A stretch of DNA of 64,000 nt from Lama guanicoe (GCA_013239625.1 MU054391.1:4111824-4175823), one strand, 5' to 3'; counted from the stretch's first letter, positions 47,325 to 61,792 are shown. The notes: a model not told the origin generated them from the sequence alone. Numbers and translations: made by a program.

Positions 47325-47517
47325 AAATGGCTTCTTCAGATGTTAGTGTGCATTGGAATCACATGGGGTGCAGGTTAAAATTTAAACTCCAAGGTTGCAC
47401 CCCAGGGGTTCTGAGTCAGGATGTATGGGAAGGGACACAAGGACCTGGAACTCTAACCACAGCAACCACATGGTTTTGAAGTTAAAAGTCTGGAGGCCAT
47501 ACTTTGAGAAACAGTGC
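47325..47517. mobile_element. MER5-family hAT-Charlie MITE
   Basis: 'tgtgcattggaatcacatgggg...ttaaaat...ttctgagtcag...ccatactttgagaaacagtg'. Confidence 0.8.
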
Positions 47518-47989
47518 TCTAGGTTCCATGAGCCTGTGACAGTATTATTAGGATAATGGAACCTAAGAAATTGTATATTAGAAAATACAAACCATCAGTG
47601 CCTTACTTTCTATTACAGTGGTGAATAAATGGCATAATAGGAAATACAATTTTTATGAAATGAAAACAAAAATCCCTAAGGATATGCAAACCAGAGTCCT
47701 TAGGTTCTTTTTTTCAGTCTTTAAGTTTCTTAGATGCCTCTTACACTCTGTTAGTATGATTTGCTCTCATTTCTCTCACTTTTCTCTCAAACTCTTAAAT
47801 TTTTTCCTCTGTTTTCTTTGCTCCTTGCTCAACTCTGATTTCTCTTTCACCTTCTCTAAATCCCTTTCCTCAGCCCTGACCCTCTCGCCATTCTTGCTTG
47901 ACCTACTTTTCCATCTGTTGTCTAATTTCTGCCTCTCCTTTTATCATTCCAGCATCCATGTCAGAGTTGACGTCACTCTTGATTTGTTT

Positions 47990-50900
47990 GTAACTTTCTA
48001 TTGGTGTTGATTTGTGTCAAATGTTCTTTGCATCTATTGAGAAGATCATGTGCTTTGTTCTGCCAATACGATGTATTGTACTGATTTATTTTTGGATGTT
48101 AAACCAACCTTGAATTTCTTTGATAAATCCTACTTACCCAAGACATGTTGTATATATTCAACTTGGTAATACTTTGTGAAGTGTGTGGTATCTGTACATA
48201 ATGAATTTTTCAGTTCTTCTAATGCCTTAGTCTAGTTTTTATGCAGAGCAATTCTGGCTTCATAAAATGAATTAGAAAGTTTCCTCCTCCTTTATTTTTT
48301 GAAAGAATTTTTGTAGCAATAATTAGCAACAACTTTTTCCTTAAATTTTGGATAGGATTCACCAGTGGTGCCATCTGGGCCAGTGTTTTTCTTTTTCAGA
48401 AGGTTTTAATTATGAATACAATTTCTTTAATTAATAGAAGTCTACTAATTTTTAAAATTTTCCGCTTAGGCTACTCATTTAAAATCAGTATCCTTTAAGA
48501 AAGTTTCCCATTTTATCTAATTTGTTAAATTTACTGGCATAAATTACTCATGGTAATTCCTTATCATCCTTTTACTTTCTGCAGTATCTTTGATAATGTC
48601 ACTTTTTAGAATTTCAGATACTAGAAATTTACGTCTTTTATTTGTTTTCCTGATCAGATAGCTGGGGGCCTATTTTAGATATTATGAATATGAGTTGTAT
48701 AAATTCTGGGGTTTGCTAGGTTTTTTTTTTCCTAAATGTATCATTTGTTTTGTTTTGGTGGGCAATTATCTTGACTGAAATCAAGATGAAAATTTTTCTT
48801 TTCTTTAACTCTGATCCCAAATGACAAACTTTTTTTTTTTTTGTACCTGATCTACTTTGAATCTGCTCCAGACAGAGATGTGTGCAGACAAAATCTGGGG
48901 GCTCTGTAGCTGGCTACTTTCCTTCTTGGTTTTCTTCTTCTCCTTCTCTTTCTCTATTTGCATCTGATCTCACCATTCTAAAAGCCATAATTGCAACTCT
49001 ACTGTGCATAATTCTCTCCATTTGCTATATACTCCCCTTCCAAATCTGAATACTCCTATTAACTCCAATGCCTTCAGATAGCTGCATTTTGCATTACATT
49101 CAGAGTTTATTCTTGTCATTTGTAGGAAGATAGGTCATGCATAATTGTACTTAGATATTCCTTAAAACAGAGCTACATTTTTATGTGCTCTCATTTTTTT
49201 AAGGAGCCTTAACTATAAAGAGGATTTTAGGGTTTTTTTTTTTTTTTCTTATGTGGCTTCTTAAAAATCTTGGCCCATTGTATACTATCTTGCATTGTTT
49301 CAGACAAGAAGTCTGTAGTCACTCTTATCTTTGTCCGTATAATATGTGCTTTTCTTTACTTGCTCTTTAAAACTTTTCCCTTTCTCAAATTGTACTGCAG
49401 TAATTTGATTATGATGTGCTTTGGTATGGTTTGCTTTGTACTCATCCTGCTTGGGTTTTCTTAAGTGTCTTGGCTTTGTGGGTTGTAACAAATAGTCTGA
49501 CTCCATTTTCTGATGTTGGAGTGTTGAAAGCTTTTAAGCCCCACTCCTCCATCTTCCCCTCTGCACAATTCTGGAAAAGTTGATAAGAAAGGCCAAGTGC
49601 TGCTCTTTTAGTGAACTCTCACCCCACCCTGCTCACTAACCACAATAAAAACCCCAAATCATTCTCCTTTCTTTTCCTGTTCTCTCAAGCCATTTTTCAG
49701 ACTAGCTTAAGAACATTGGCTTATACTTGCCAGATGCCTTATTATGTGAGTAATAAACCTTTTATAACCTCTTGGTGTATGTGTATGTAGCATTATGTTT
49801 TAATGTTTGAACAATTTTTTTTTTAGTTGGGCTTAATCTGGTATCTTTAGGTACGTACAGTACATATTTAAATTTTTCATCAAAATTTGAAAATTTGTAT
49901 TAATTTTTCGTTAAAGTATTTTTTTTTCTGTCACCATTCTGGAACACAAAATTCCTTATGTGAGACCATTTTTTTTTTATTGTCCTACAGGGTACTGAGC
50001 TTCTTTTAAAATTTTTCAGCATTTTCTTATGCCTGTGCTTCAATTTGTATAATTTCTATTGCCGATTTTTAAATTCTTTGATTTTTTTTCTTCAAAAGTA
50101 TTTAATTTGCAAGTAAGATCATTCACTGACTTTTTCATTTATAATAATTTTCAGCTTCAGAAATTACATTTGATTTCTTTACAAATCTATAATTTCCTAC
50201 ATCATTGTGTTCATGCTTTCCTTTAAATCTTTGAGCATTTTTATACTACCAGTTTTACAGTTTTGGTCAGCTGTTCCCATCATTTCTGTTATTGCTGGGT
50301 TCACTTTTACTGGCTTATTCTTTTGGTCTGGTTATGTGTCACAGTTTATTGCTTCCTTGTAGGCTAGTGATTTTTTGATTAGAGGCTGGACATTGTGACA
50401 TTATATTATTAAATATCAGATGTTACAATTTATTGTTTTCTTTAGATTATTTCACTTTGTTTTGGAAAGGACTTACATTATTTGGGGATCATAATGATTA
50501 TTTTAAGCTTTATTTGAAGATTTGTTAGGGCACATCTGGACAAACCATTTCTCAAGGGCTAATATAACTCTATCTATGTGATGTGATTCTTCTGGAGTCT
50601 CTACTATCGCTGCTCTAGGTGTTCAATAAGGTCTTTACTTTGGTTAATTGGCCCTCCAATTATGTTTGGAAATTGATTAGATTGCAGTTTCTTTGTTTTT
50701 CTTTATCCAGCTTGTGAAATTTCACTTTATGCATCCAGAAATTAGACTACAGCAACAGAGTCAAGGAAGTCACCCTATATATTTTGGAACTCTTTGTCTG
50801 AGTAGGTCCCCTCTGTCTGGTGCACTGCCTTCCAAATTTCATTCACCTAAGCTTCCACAAATTATCACCTCTGCCCCCTCAATTCAATAGTTTTACCAGC

Positions 50901-51110
50901 TTGGTTTCTCATTTGCTGCAACAAGATCCATAAAATGCCTCCAGAGAGAAACCTTGTTTTCCTGATCAGGGATCATAGTCATACTTTGTCCATTGGCCAA
51001 TATCTGAAAGAGTTATTCTGTAGATTTTGTTTATTTTTTCTACTTGTTTTTGGTTGAAGAATACAACCAATTCCAAGTACTCCTTCACTGTTGAAAATAA
51101 GCGTTCTCAG
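47990..51110 (-). mobile_element. Long ancient L1 (L1M) remnant: ORF2 and 5' region pieces
   Basis: 'gcatctattgagaagatcatg', 'ctggcttcataaaatgaattagaaag', 'ttcaccagtggtgccatctgggcc', 'gacaagaagtctgtagtcactctt'; T-rich throughout. Confidence 0.75.
49514..49860 (+). mobile_element. Solo ERV LTR nested in the old L1 (MER90/MER110-like, tentative)
   Basis: 'tgttggagtgttgaaagc...ctcctccatcttcccct...tgataagaaagg...tctctcaagccattttt...attatgtgagtaataaacctttt...ctcttggtgt' with an LTR-like AATAAA. Confidence 0.6.
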
Positions 51111-51589
51111 AATTTTGCTTCAATGCTTAAAAAAAAATACTTTTCAGACAAATAGATGTTCAAGCTAACTTAAACTTTAACTGTGTTGGCACTTCTAGTG
51201 AGAATAACTCAGCTGAGGTAGCAATAAAATAAGTAGAAACCTTTACATATGGCTAAGTTCAGAGTGGTCCAGCCAGGACAAATCACATCCTGTTCTATAT
51301 GGACTTCAAAGAGATTGTATTTATTCTTTATAAAACAATTGTGAGGTGTATTCTTATTCCACAAATATTAAAACATAATTTTAAAAATTTTATAACCAAA
51401 GAAGTTGGGTTGTTATGAGGGAAAAAGAGAGAAAATAGAAAATGAAAATAAGAAAGAGTTATATTCATAAATATAAAAGAAACCCAAGGTAAATGGCAAA
51501 TATCAAGACTGATGGATTTCCAACCGTCATTTTTTTTCCTTTCATTTCATGTTTTTCTCTATTAAATGCATGACTTGCACAATAAAAAT

Positions 51590-51700
51590 GTTTTTTAGCA
51601 AGTGATGCTGGAACAACTAGATATCGATATGGGAAAAAAGAAGAAATTCAGTACTACCTTGAACCATATACAAAATTAAGTATAATGGGGTAAAAGCAAC
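51590..51700 (+). mobile_element. L1 ORF2 fragment
   Basis: 'tgatgctggaacaactagatatc...ccttgaaccatatacaaaattaa'. Confidence 0.65.
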
Positions 51701-54700
51701 TAAGAACCAAATAGAATATAATGTTTTGACCACTAGACTCAAGAGAAGTATGTAAGTTGGGAAGGTCTGTGCATATTGAAGACTGGCACTTGGAAAGTCA
51801 GGAAAGACTTTCCAGAGGAGATTTTAAATAGATGTGACTATTAGTCAAATATATAATGGAAGAGAAGGACATTCTGAGCACAGCAAACAGCAAATGCATA
51901 TGTACAAAGACAAACCATTGCCCAGTGATTTCTTTGTGCTGAAGTCTATAGTGTATGGTTATTCAGCCAATTATTGAGAGTTTACAATGGCTGAGCGTTG
52001 TTATAGGCGATTCACATATATTACCTTGTTTTAATGTAGAAAACACACTCATTTCTAGGTTATTTCTTCATCATCTGTGTACCTCAACCATCCCATAAGA
52101 AAGTCTGGGGACTGATGCCAGGTCCTAAAAGTTCGCATTACAGTTTCCTTAAAAGATGCTAGAAGCTTTCTTATGACCTTATATATTGATATACAGAACT
52201 CTCCTAAATTCTTATATCATGAAGAGGGAATTACATAAGTCATTGACTTTGATCATATTTCTGACTTACTCTGCTAGCCATTTTTGTATCTTATGACATG
52301 ATCCCTCTTTATATTATTAGCCATTAAGTTAAAAAAATTGTTTTAAAGCAAGTGAGGCCTCTCAGATCTTCTATGATTAATAGGGGAAAAAATACTGAAG
52401 CAGAGAACAAGACTGGCACATGCCTGTGCCAAGGAACCAGAAGCCACACTGCCCCCAGCCATGCCTACCAGACTCAGCCAACATGCAGCCCACCGGAATA
52501 CTAGTGCTCCATCCAAGTCTGTCCCCAGGTCTCACCTCAAGGTTGTCATGCCAGACTCACGTCTGTCTTCCACCCACAGCCCCACGTACCTGCTATCAAA
52601 TCTCCAGCAGAGAGAGACTCTTGAAGTGCATCACGGGAAAGTGCGGATGAAGTCTGGCAAGGAGCATTTTCACCCAGGTAGAGGTTCTGGCCTCGACCTG
52701 GAGCCTTTACTGCAGGCCATCTGTCTGCAGTTGTCAATCCCTAGGATCTTCAGGGATCAGAGAAATGGGCTGCTTCATTCTGAGTCTTATGCTAATGTGC
52801 CTCCTGACATATTATTTGTAACAGTAGAGAGAAAAAAACAAAACAAAACAGTGAGATACTAACAAAGGCAAGTCCCTGGTGATGGGCTTTGGGAAATTGT
52901 ATTTTCCAAATGGCTTTCTGTGTCTTCTTAGGAAAAAAATTAAAATCTATTTTAAACTATGAATGTGGTACACTGCTTCTGTTCTTTGTACTTATTTTCT
53001 TATTTATTATATGTACACTCATGTATTACCTTAAAAAATGAAAACATTTCTTCATGATTTCATTTCAAAATATCCTAAGAAAATTATGTGGCGAGACCCT
53101 GGGGAATTCAATACCATCCGTATTACTACTGAAATCTGTGATCTTGTTGGAGACATTTTCATGTGTCTGTGTTCATTGCACTAAAAGATGTTCAAAGTAA
53201 ATATGCCATAAAACAAAAGCTTGTTTGGCAACCAATGTTCTAGAATACTTTATATCCACGAACAAAGGCATGATATTAAGGGGGTAATTTTCCTTTCTGC
53301 TATGTACAGGAGTAGCACCAGGTTGCTGTATACCACTGGGTAGTGACTGAGACCAAGAAAACATGTTCTTAGACTCTATAGATGTATATTTTGTATAACT
53401 TTCAACTTAAAAATAACATTGACAACAATTCTATAACCTGCCCTATACTTAAATGTTGAAAAAGAACATTTTCTATCTTGAGGAAATGCATCATTAACTT
53501 TCTAAGAGACAGGGTGGACAGCGCCCTGAGCACACATGCATACAACATTATGTGACCCGACTGGTTTGCGGGTTAAATCGAATCATTTACGCATTTATCC
53601 CTATTTTAGTAAATGTGTTACTTTAACCTTTACGGTCCTTATTTTTGTTTTTGTTTTACTTAAAAAATCAACTTGAAGCATTTTCTCTCAGCTGTTTTGA
53701 TTCGTGAAACAAAGTCAGCTGTGTTCTATGGCAGCAACCCCTGAGCAGGATTTTCACGAGCTCAGCGAAGTGAGGTATTTGAATTGACTTGTCCTCTGTT
53801 CTTGTTGTGCCCTAAATCCCCTCAACAGATTTACAGGAAAGGCGAGAGCAAAAGAGACAGAGAGACAGAGAACCCACGGCATCAAACAGGGGAGATAAAG
53901 AAAGACAAGGAAAGGGAAGGGATGAAGGAGGGAAGGCAGGCAGGAAGGAAGTAAAAAAAAAAAGAGAGAGAGAGAAAAGAACTTTCACACAATAACCAAT
54001 GATAAAGACATTTTAAATTTTGAATAATTCACAATCTATGTGCTTGTTTTTTGTTTTTTTAATTTTTTGTCTCCAGCTTGAAATATAAGGCAAGCAATAA
54101 GTGATTAATCTGTAAATTATCCTAGGAATAAAGGCAGATTTTTCCCCCCAAAACTCTCTAATCTATTCAGGCTTCTGTATCGTTTGCTTTTTCTAGAGCT
54201 GACGGACAGCAAGGTCACTGCCAACAGAATTAACTGGGAGTGTCAGTAAGGCTTCCAGAAGATGAAGGAGTAGGAGAAACCCAACCAGCAGCTGCGATGG
54301 CTGAAACCGACTCTGGCCTTAGTGACTGATTCTGGTGACTCTGGCCACGGCGCAGAACTGGAATTTTATATGAACATAATCTGTGTTTGCATGGATTACA
54401 TTGTAAAGAGATTGGCAGGGGTTAGGTGGAGTGGGGGTTCAACATATTTCACTACTTTAAGATGTCAGTTTTTTAGACCCTTTACCCGCTTCTCCAGGTG
54501 GGAAAGGTAGCCAGCGCCAAGTGTGGAGCAAACGAGAGCTCTTCTCTTAGCTCTTATCCCCTATGTGCTGAAACGAACACACAGAAACTGTCCCACAGAA
54601 GTAAGTCAAAGGGAAAATGAAAGTGCCTTTTCCCCTCATTTCCGTCTTTCACCTGCTTCCGGCAACTATGGGATAGGCAGGAATGTCCTAGCGTAAACTG

Positions 54701-54829
54701 ATCCATCCAACGCAGATTCATTGATCAACTTTCTGTATCCCAATGTCTCACATAGCACCGTGCATCTGTCTTCACGGTCACTAAAAAAGTGCAGAGAAAA
54801 ACAATTTTGCTTCTGTGCCTGGCTCTGAA

Positions 54830-55270
54830 CTCAACACAGAATAAAAATCGGTGTGAAATGGACAAGACCCAGACCTCATGAAGCATAGAGCTTAGTTACG
54901 ATTACAGGTAATTTAAGTGATTATTCCACAGTGTTACAGTAAGTCGCTAACTGGTGTGAGGGGGGATGGGCAGTGAGGAGAGATCTTGGCTAGAGTCAGG
55001 GAGGGCTTTCTGTCCTGCTCTTTCATCTGTGCTCTGAAGGAAGGATGAGCATTTGCTGAGCTGGGAGGGAAGGAGAGCCTCCTGTGTGTGACAGCACGGC
55101 AACAACAACAACAACAACAAAGATCCTTCAAGAAGATGAAAGGCTGCTTTGTTCAGGGTAAGGAGTAAATGAGGGACGTGAACCAGCGGAGGCTGAAGTG
55201 TCAGCAGAAGCCACCGGACGGGGGCTGTGGGAGCAACTTAGGTTTGGAATCCTAAGGGCAAAGGGGTTTA
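54830..55270 (-). mobile_element. L2 fragment containing (CAA)n
   Basis: 'gtcagggagggctttctg...gctctgaaggaaggatgagcattt'; CAA run at ~55100-55120. Confidence 0.6.
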
Positions 55271-55989
55271 ACCAGGGCAGTGAGATCATCCAATCTGATC
55301 TTTTTGAAAAGTCATCCCAGCTCTCAGGCGCACATTGATGGGAGGAGGAAAAGGGCGAGTCTTAGTTTTGATCCCAAGTTGGACCTGCATGAAATGAAGG
55401 TATATATGCCCTTGCCTTGGTCCCTCACCAGGATGCGGGGGCCACCTACAGTCACTCCATGATGTCCCCACTGCAGACGCTCCGGTGCAGCTTACAGGTG
55501 ACACACGGGGGTGTCATGCTGCGTGTTGGCCCCCGCTCAGCCCAGCTCCCCCTGTCCTCCGGGCACAGGAGATACGCAGCCTCACCTGAGGCCAGCCCTC
55601 GGTGGGTCTCATTTTCACTCCTTGCTTCCTGCAGTTTTGAATTTGCCTGGGTGACCTGACCTCACTCGTCACCTTCATATTTTCTAGGTCATTTTGTGGA
55701 AGTTTATCTTTTATAATTCAGGGATTTAGCTTTTTGACAGAACGAAAAATCTATTTTCTTCCAATAGTTTAATTTTTTCCTATTTACGTTTATGGTTAAA
55801 AGTGATTTGCCTTGTCTTCCATCATTTCCTTTTATATGTTTTTTTCTTATTTTGCTATATTACTTGCTATTTCTTTTGTCTATTCTTTGTTATTTCTTTC
55901 TTTTGTTTATCTTTTGTTATATTCTCAGTTTTCAAGTTTTCACTATCCAGCAATTTCAAAGGCAGGCCTTATTCTAAAAATACTGTTTA

Positions 55990-56440
55990 TAGGCTGAAGA
56001 GTTCCAAATGTATGTCTCCAGTCCAGAATTGTCTTCTTAACTCCAGAACCACGGCGTCTCCATTGATGTATTCACTTGGACAGATCGCATATACATTTCA
56101 ACATTAACATGTGCAGAACTCCATTCTTGATCCTGTTTCTCATCTCCTTCCCTCGGATCCTCTTCATCTGAAAAAAAAAAAAAGCAGCAAAACAAAACAG
56201 TGTTCCCATGCCTTCCGGTCCTCAGATCAAGGCATCGCTGACATTGCCTCCTCAGACCCATATCCAGCCCATCACTGAGCTCTCTCAGCACATCCTCCAC
56301 ATCCCACGACAGCCACTACTGTACGCCCAGACCAAACCGTCGACGTCTTTTGCTACAACAGCTTCCTACGTGGCCTTGCTGAGCCCTGTCTTGATCTCTT
56401 CCCATCAGCTTTTTACATACAAGCCAGAGCAATTAAAAAC
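55990..56440 (+). mobile_element. L2 fragment
   Basis: 'ttccaaatgtatgtctccagtccaga...actccaga...cacttgga...ttcaacattaacatgt'. Confidence 0.7.
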
Positions 56441-59400
56441 TTTAACTTAGAATTTTAAAAATAATTTATTTTAAATAATGACTGCATTAAGTTCCAGCAT
56501 TACTAGGTTGAGAGAGAAGACGCTCCTGGTGTGAGAGGAAGGAGGGCATGACGTGGTGGGCGCTCTTCGGCTGTTACGCTGTTCACCCACTTCTGGATAA
56601 ACAGAATTTGCATTTTTGAAATATCTTCTATAGCGCACTGCCTGACCAATTAGACTGCACACTTTTTATGTTTGTTTTACAGTTTCAGAGTATGAACAGT
56701 CTGAATGCATACCCTTATACCGCCATGTTTCCTGGACGATGGGTCACACACTTCAGCTAAACATCACTGCCATAGGTCACCTCTGTATGTCACTGATCTT
56801 CTTCATCATGACCTCTAAAGTAAAAGCCGGTTTCCTCTAAAGTAAAAGCTGCAATTGTCTCTTTTGATAACCCTTCGTTCACTGCTGACTGAGCATATAC
56901 TGAGTAAAACAAACTGTGCCTGCTGCGTCTCCAGGAAACACCAAGACAAGTAAAGTTCAGTCACTGTCTTTAGGGAATGCAGAATTCAGTGGAGGACATG
57001 GGACATGCCTAAGTGCCATTTGCATGTTACGCGCCAAGTTGAGTTGGTGCTCAGAGAAAGGAATGGCCACTCCTAAGGTAGAAATGCGTGGGATTTGGGA
57101 ACTCTGTGACAATACTGATCACAGACTTTAATCTCACTCATGGCATATTTCCATATATTCTTTATGTTATTTTGCAAGCATCTAGGAAATAGCTCAGTGT
57201 CTGTCTCCCGTCCAAAGGTTTAACTGAGATATTTAATCTCATGAAAGTTATTTTTTTATAAAAAAAGACTATAACAATGACTGCTCACCACAAGCTGAAA
57301 TAACTCCTTAGTGAATCCAGCTCCCTTATTGTATAAAGAAACTCAAGGTCAAAGAGTTTGAATTCAGCCCTGCATGTCCACATAATACTGGGGGGAGGAA
57401 AATATTTAAAGAATATTTCTCATAAAATATTAACTTTTATCAATGGTTTTTACATCTTCCCACCTCCAAATTTATTTTTAAAATATTATACAAGTACAGT
57501 GATTTAATATATTGGAAGGTGTAGTGTAAACTGTGAAGAACAAAATCGACTGTGAAAAGTCCATGATTCATGGGACTATAATGCATAGAAAGAAAAAAAA
57601 ATTAAAGCTAGGGAAGCCAAAATCAAACAGTATCAGAGAACAGTCTCCCCAGAGTCGTAACAGCAAAGACATTGTTGATATTGTAGATTTGGGCTTTTTT
57701 TGTTGCTACTATTTTTCTCTCCTAAAATAAGGCTTATTTAATACTACTTCAGCCCTCACAAAGTTTGCAAAGTGGGAAAATGTGGATATTTGTATGGGAG
57801 TGGAAAGTAGACACATAGGAGAAATATTTCAACTACGTCTCTTACCAGCTCCTGCATGTGCTATTTGTAATCAATTGCCTGTAGAATCAAAATATGTTAC
57901 TGAGAAACGTGCACCAGACGGACAGCAGTAGGGCATCACTGAGAGCAAGGACGGGGTTACGGCAAAGCTCTTGAGTGGTGGCAACCTCATTCCAACAAAA
58001 TATGGTTTTTTTTGTTTGTTTGTTTGTTTTGGTGTAGTATCTCAAGATGAGGGAGTAAACAATTGGATTCGATCTCTCTGTACTTGAACTTCCTTTTTCT
58101 GTAAAATCAGAAAGTTGGATCAGGCCCCCAAAAAGAGACAAATCCACCCTTAAAACTGTGTTATCATGAAATGCCAGTTCTGGGAAGCAGCTGCAGCTAA
58201 GTCATTCTCGCCTCTGGTACGTCGGTAATCCTTAAACACAGCCTTGGTGGGTGGGAAATACCTATGGACTCTCCATGAGGTGCGTTTTAAAAATTACATT
58301 CTATTTTCATAGACCCCAATTACATATACAAGCTTTAGGCTCCACAAACTACTGACCTGCCTCCACATTAAAGCTAGACATTTCACTTCTTTACATTGGT
58401 TTCTTGATCTTAACTCTTTACAGAGCTTTGAGTCTTTTGTAAGAAGCTGAAGTCCCTGCCTGTCTGCTTTCCTCGAAAATCAGATTAATTTCACAGTACT
58501 TCCAGCAACATCTACTGAGAACACCCTCCCCTCTGCCGTAGTTCACAGCCTTGCCCCCATCACCTCCCCTTCCCTGCTCTTTTCTTTTCTCCTTCTATGG
58601 CCTTTGGTCTTGAGCAAGTTGTCTTCTCGGAATTTCTGAATTTCCTGCATAACAAGAGCTTGTTTCCTTCGAACAGCATTAATTTCTGTGTATGGTTTAC
58701 CAGCTCTGCAACCTAGAGTCCCAAAGTACAGTCACAGTGATACTTTAAATCACCCTCAACACGGATCCCATGGAGTTATACATGGATACCCATTTTCCCA
58801 AAATTTTATGTATGCCCATCACTTCATATACATTCTGCTGATATTCCTGAGTTTTTGTTAATATATTAGGTGCCACCCCAATACATCTTGATACAAAATC
58901 AGAGCTTGATCTCCAATGAAGAGAGTTAAAATGATATTCTCAGAAAGGCTTAGAAACAACCTTCTAAAGAAGAGTGTCCTCAGGAAGACCAAGATGATCT
59001 GTGTTATTGTCTGACAAATTCTGTGGGACACCTTGCTAAGAACAATGGCATAGACCTGGGTTGATTTTAAAAATGCAATCATGCAATATTGATGTAAGAC
59101 CTAAATGTCTTAAATAAAATGAACACACGAATGCCTTCAACACAGCTCTGCATTGCCAGCCGGAGGTGGATGTCAGGCGAGCCTCAGCATTATGAACAGA
59201 GCTGGGTGGAAATGACTTCCTAGATCAAGTGCACCACGAGTTGTGCGCAGATCTTTGTTTAACGATTCATTCCCGTTCGCTCCTAATTTCTGCATATGAG
59301 CACAAGGTAGGTGGGATCTGATGGGAAACTTTGTTTCTGATCAACTACAGAGAAGTTTTCCAGCATCTGTTGAGCTCAGCTAGTAAGCACGATTTATAAA

Positions 59401-61495
59401 ACAGTGAATGACTAACCCCTGTAACCATTTTAATGACCCTAAAATAAAGTGCTTAGAGCGACATCTGTCCCAGCAGCTGGGTTCTCTGCATGAGTGGGCA
59501 GAGCGACACATTGGGACAAATTCTGTTCTCCCTTTTGACAGAAACAATTGCAGCAGATCATTTTTATCGTAATCAATTTAGGTACAGTTTCTTGGAAACC
59601 ATCTGTGTAGTGTTCATAGATTGTGCTTAAGAATTTAAATGTGTATATTTTTGGTCGCTTGATGTAGCATCTGCTAATGGCCACATAAGTTCCACTTTTT
59701 ATGCAGAAAGCTGTTTCCTTGTAAAGGGATTAGTAGAATGACTACTTGATTTTATCCTTTTTGCTCCCCAATAAGTGTCTGCCATTTGAATGGCATCCGT
59801 CACAGAGTTTTAGTTGTAGAATTAATTGTTTAAAAAATTAAAACTGGAGTTGAAGTTAGAAGACAAAGAAAGCTTCAGTGAGACACTTCACTGTGTCTCT
59901 GTCTCTAGATCGTCAGTGCAATTAATACGGTTGTGCACGGGCAACCGAAACCAAAGGAAAGTAGCTTTTAATAACAACTCTTATGCACTTTTTGTCTGTT
60001 AACTCACGACTTTACAGCTATTAGTTAAATAGTCACATACAGAAATCAAATAGCTAAATCAGCCAAAGTTAACTTTAGGTTTGAGAATAATTTTGGAATC
60101 ATATTAAAAGATAATTGCTCTTAAAATACCAGATAATAAATATTGAATGGCTTTGGTGCAGAAATGAAGGATTTGCCTAAAAAATACTGTCAGCTATATT
60201 TTGGGGGCGGAACACATTCTGTAACATAATTGAGTCTTGATAATACATTTTGAGTAAAGGGATTCCTTATCTTGCTTGAGAACTCCTTTTGAATTTAGCA
60301 AATTATGGTATTATCTGGATAATCTAAGATATCTAAGTGTGCTAAGATTTTTATGGTTTGAGAAATAGAATTCTTTCCTGCTAGTAACAGATCAATTTGG
60401 ACTTTTCTCTTCCTGAATATTTTGAGAACCCACAAAACTAATTAGATAGCCAACTGGCTACATAGTTAAATAAATAAACAAAATGTCAGAATTCAAACTC
60501 TATGAGATTGTGCGACACCTTAAGACTACATCATTTTTATTTTCATAAATACGATGTATCGATTTCGGAGCAGTGTGGGTTTTGTATTCCTCCCTACAAA
60601 CACGTATCAAGGGTCTATTAGCTGTGAAGGACTGGGGTTACAAGGTGTATGAGAAGCCGTTCTAAGCAGGAGGGGCTCCCCCCTAGTAGGAATGAAAGTG
60701 CCCCCTTATAACTGGAGTAGTTTCCTTTGTGTTCTCAAGGTGCTGTTACGGACATACCTCAATTTGGCACAGACTTGGAGTAGTTTGTCCAGCAATCAAC
60801 CTGACCAGTGTCCACGCATTTTCCTTTCACTCCCCTGTGGTCGACAGTCTTCATTCACAATGCACAGTAAGCAGTGAATTGCCCCTGACGGGATGCAGGA
60901 GATCCTAACAAGCCATTATTGTTTATTAAATGAGTTGTCTGGCTTTGCATCAGTTAATCGAGGCACTAATAAAATATGATATTAGAACCGCTAATAAAAA
61001 TATTTCATCGTTAATTCCTGTCCTCCAAATTTGCAAATTGTTTACTCAAAAAGGCATGAAAAGAGAAAAAGAAAGAGTGATTACGCAGGTTTGAGTTCAT
61101 AATAAGCATACTAGACGGGATGGTTAAATTTTCCAATAAGATTTCTGCTGTAGATAATTCAATTACATTTCAAGAAATACATCAGCAGAATTAATTTGTG
61201 GTAACTTCTGAGAATGGCAGGAGGTGAGATACTTAAAGCATGTGCCATTTTTGGCTCCCTAATCTAGAGAAGTTCTTTCTACCCCAACTATCAATCAGCT
61301 AAATTATCTTCAAACTTAATTAGATGAAAGAATTTGGTACTATGGTTCTATGTGCTCCTGGAAGATGTCCAGACTATTAGAAACGTCATTTCAATAATAC
61401 CCTTTCATGCCATCTGTAAGAATCGCACCGAACAGCCTTAATGCAGATGAACATAATACAAAACAGGACTTACAGCCAGAGAGAGGAGCAGGGTT

Positions 61496-61507
61496 CACAC
61501 ACACACG

Positions 61508-61552
<45 letters not shown>
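61496..61552. repeat. (CA)n microsatellite with (CG) interruptions
   Basis: 57 nt of unbroken pyrimidine-purine alternation. Confidence 0.95.
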
Positions 61553-61555
<3 letters not shown>

Positions 61556-61792
61556 CTCAGTCCTCATATAGATACAAAAATGTATGTAGGAGCCACAGAG
61601 AGAATTGAGGTGCAGTAGCAGAGGAGGAAAAATAAAATAAAAAGACTTCCTCCATTTTGAGATCCACCTTCCTGCAAAAATAGCTTTTTACTGTAAGCTT
61701 CCAACTACCTTTTGTTTTTTTCTCAGATTATAGATTGGGATATGGTCCTTTGGGAAAGTATTTTATTTTTTTAATTTGGATAGGCATGGTTT

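Noticed and set aside
47618..48010. 130 aa hydrophobic ORF resembling a membrane protein
   Set aside because: It is a translation of T/C-rich low-complexity DNA (F/L/S bias).
55792..56107. Three hydrophobic ORFs
   Set aside because: They come from a T-rich low-complexity tract running into L2.
57905..57928. RE1-like 'gcaccagacggacagcag'
   Set aside because: Poor left half-site and a 4-nt spacer; likely chance.
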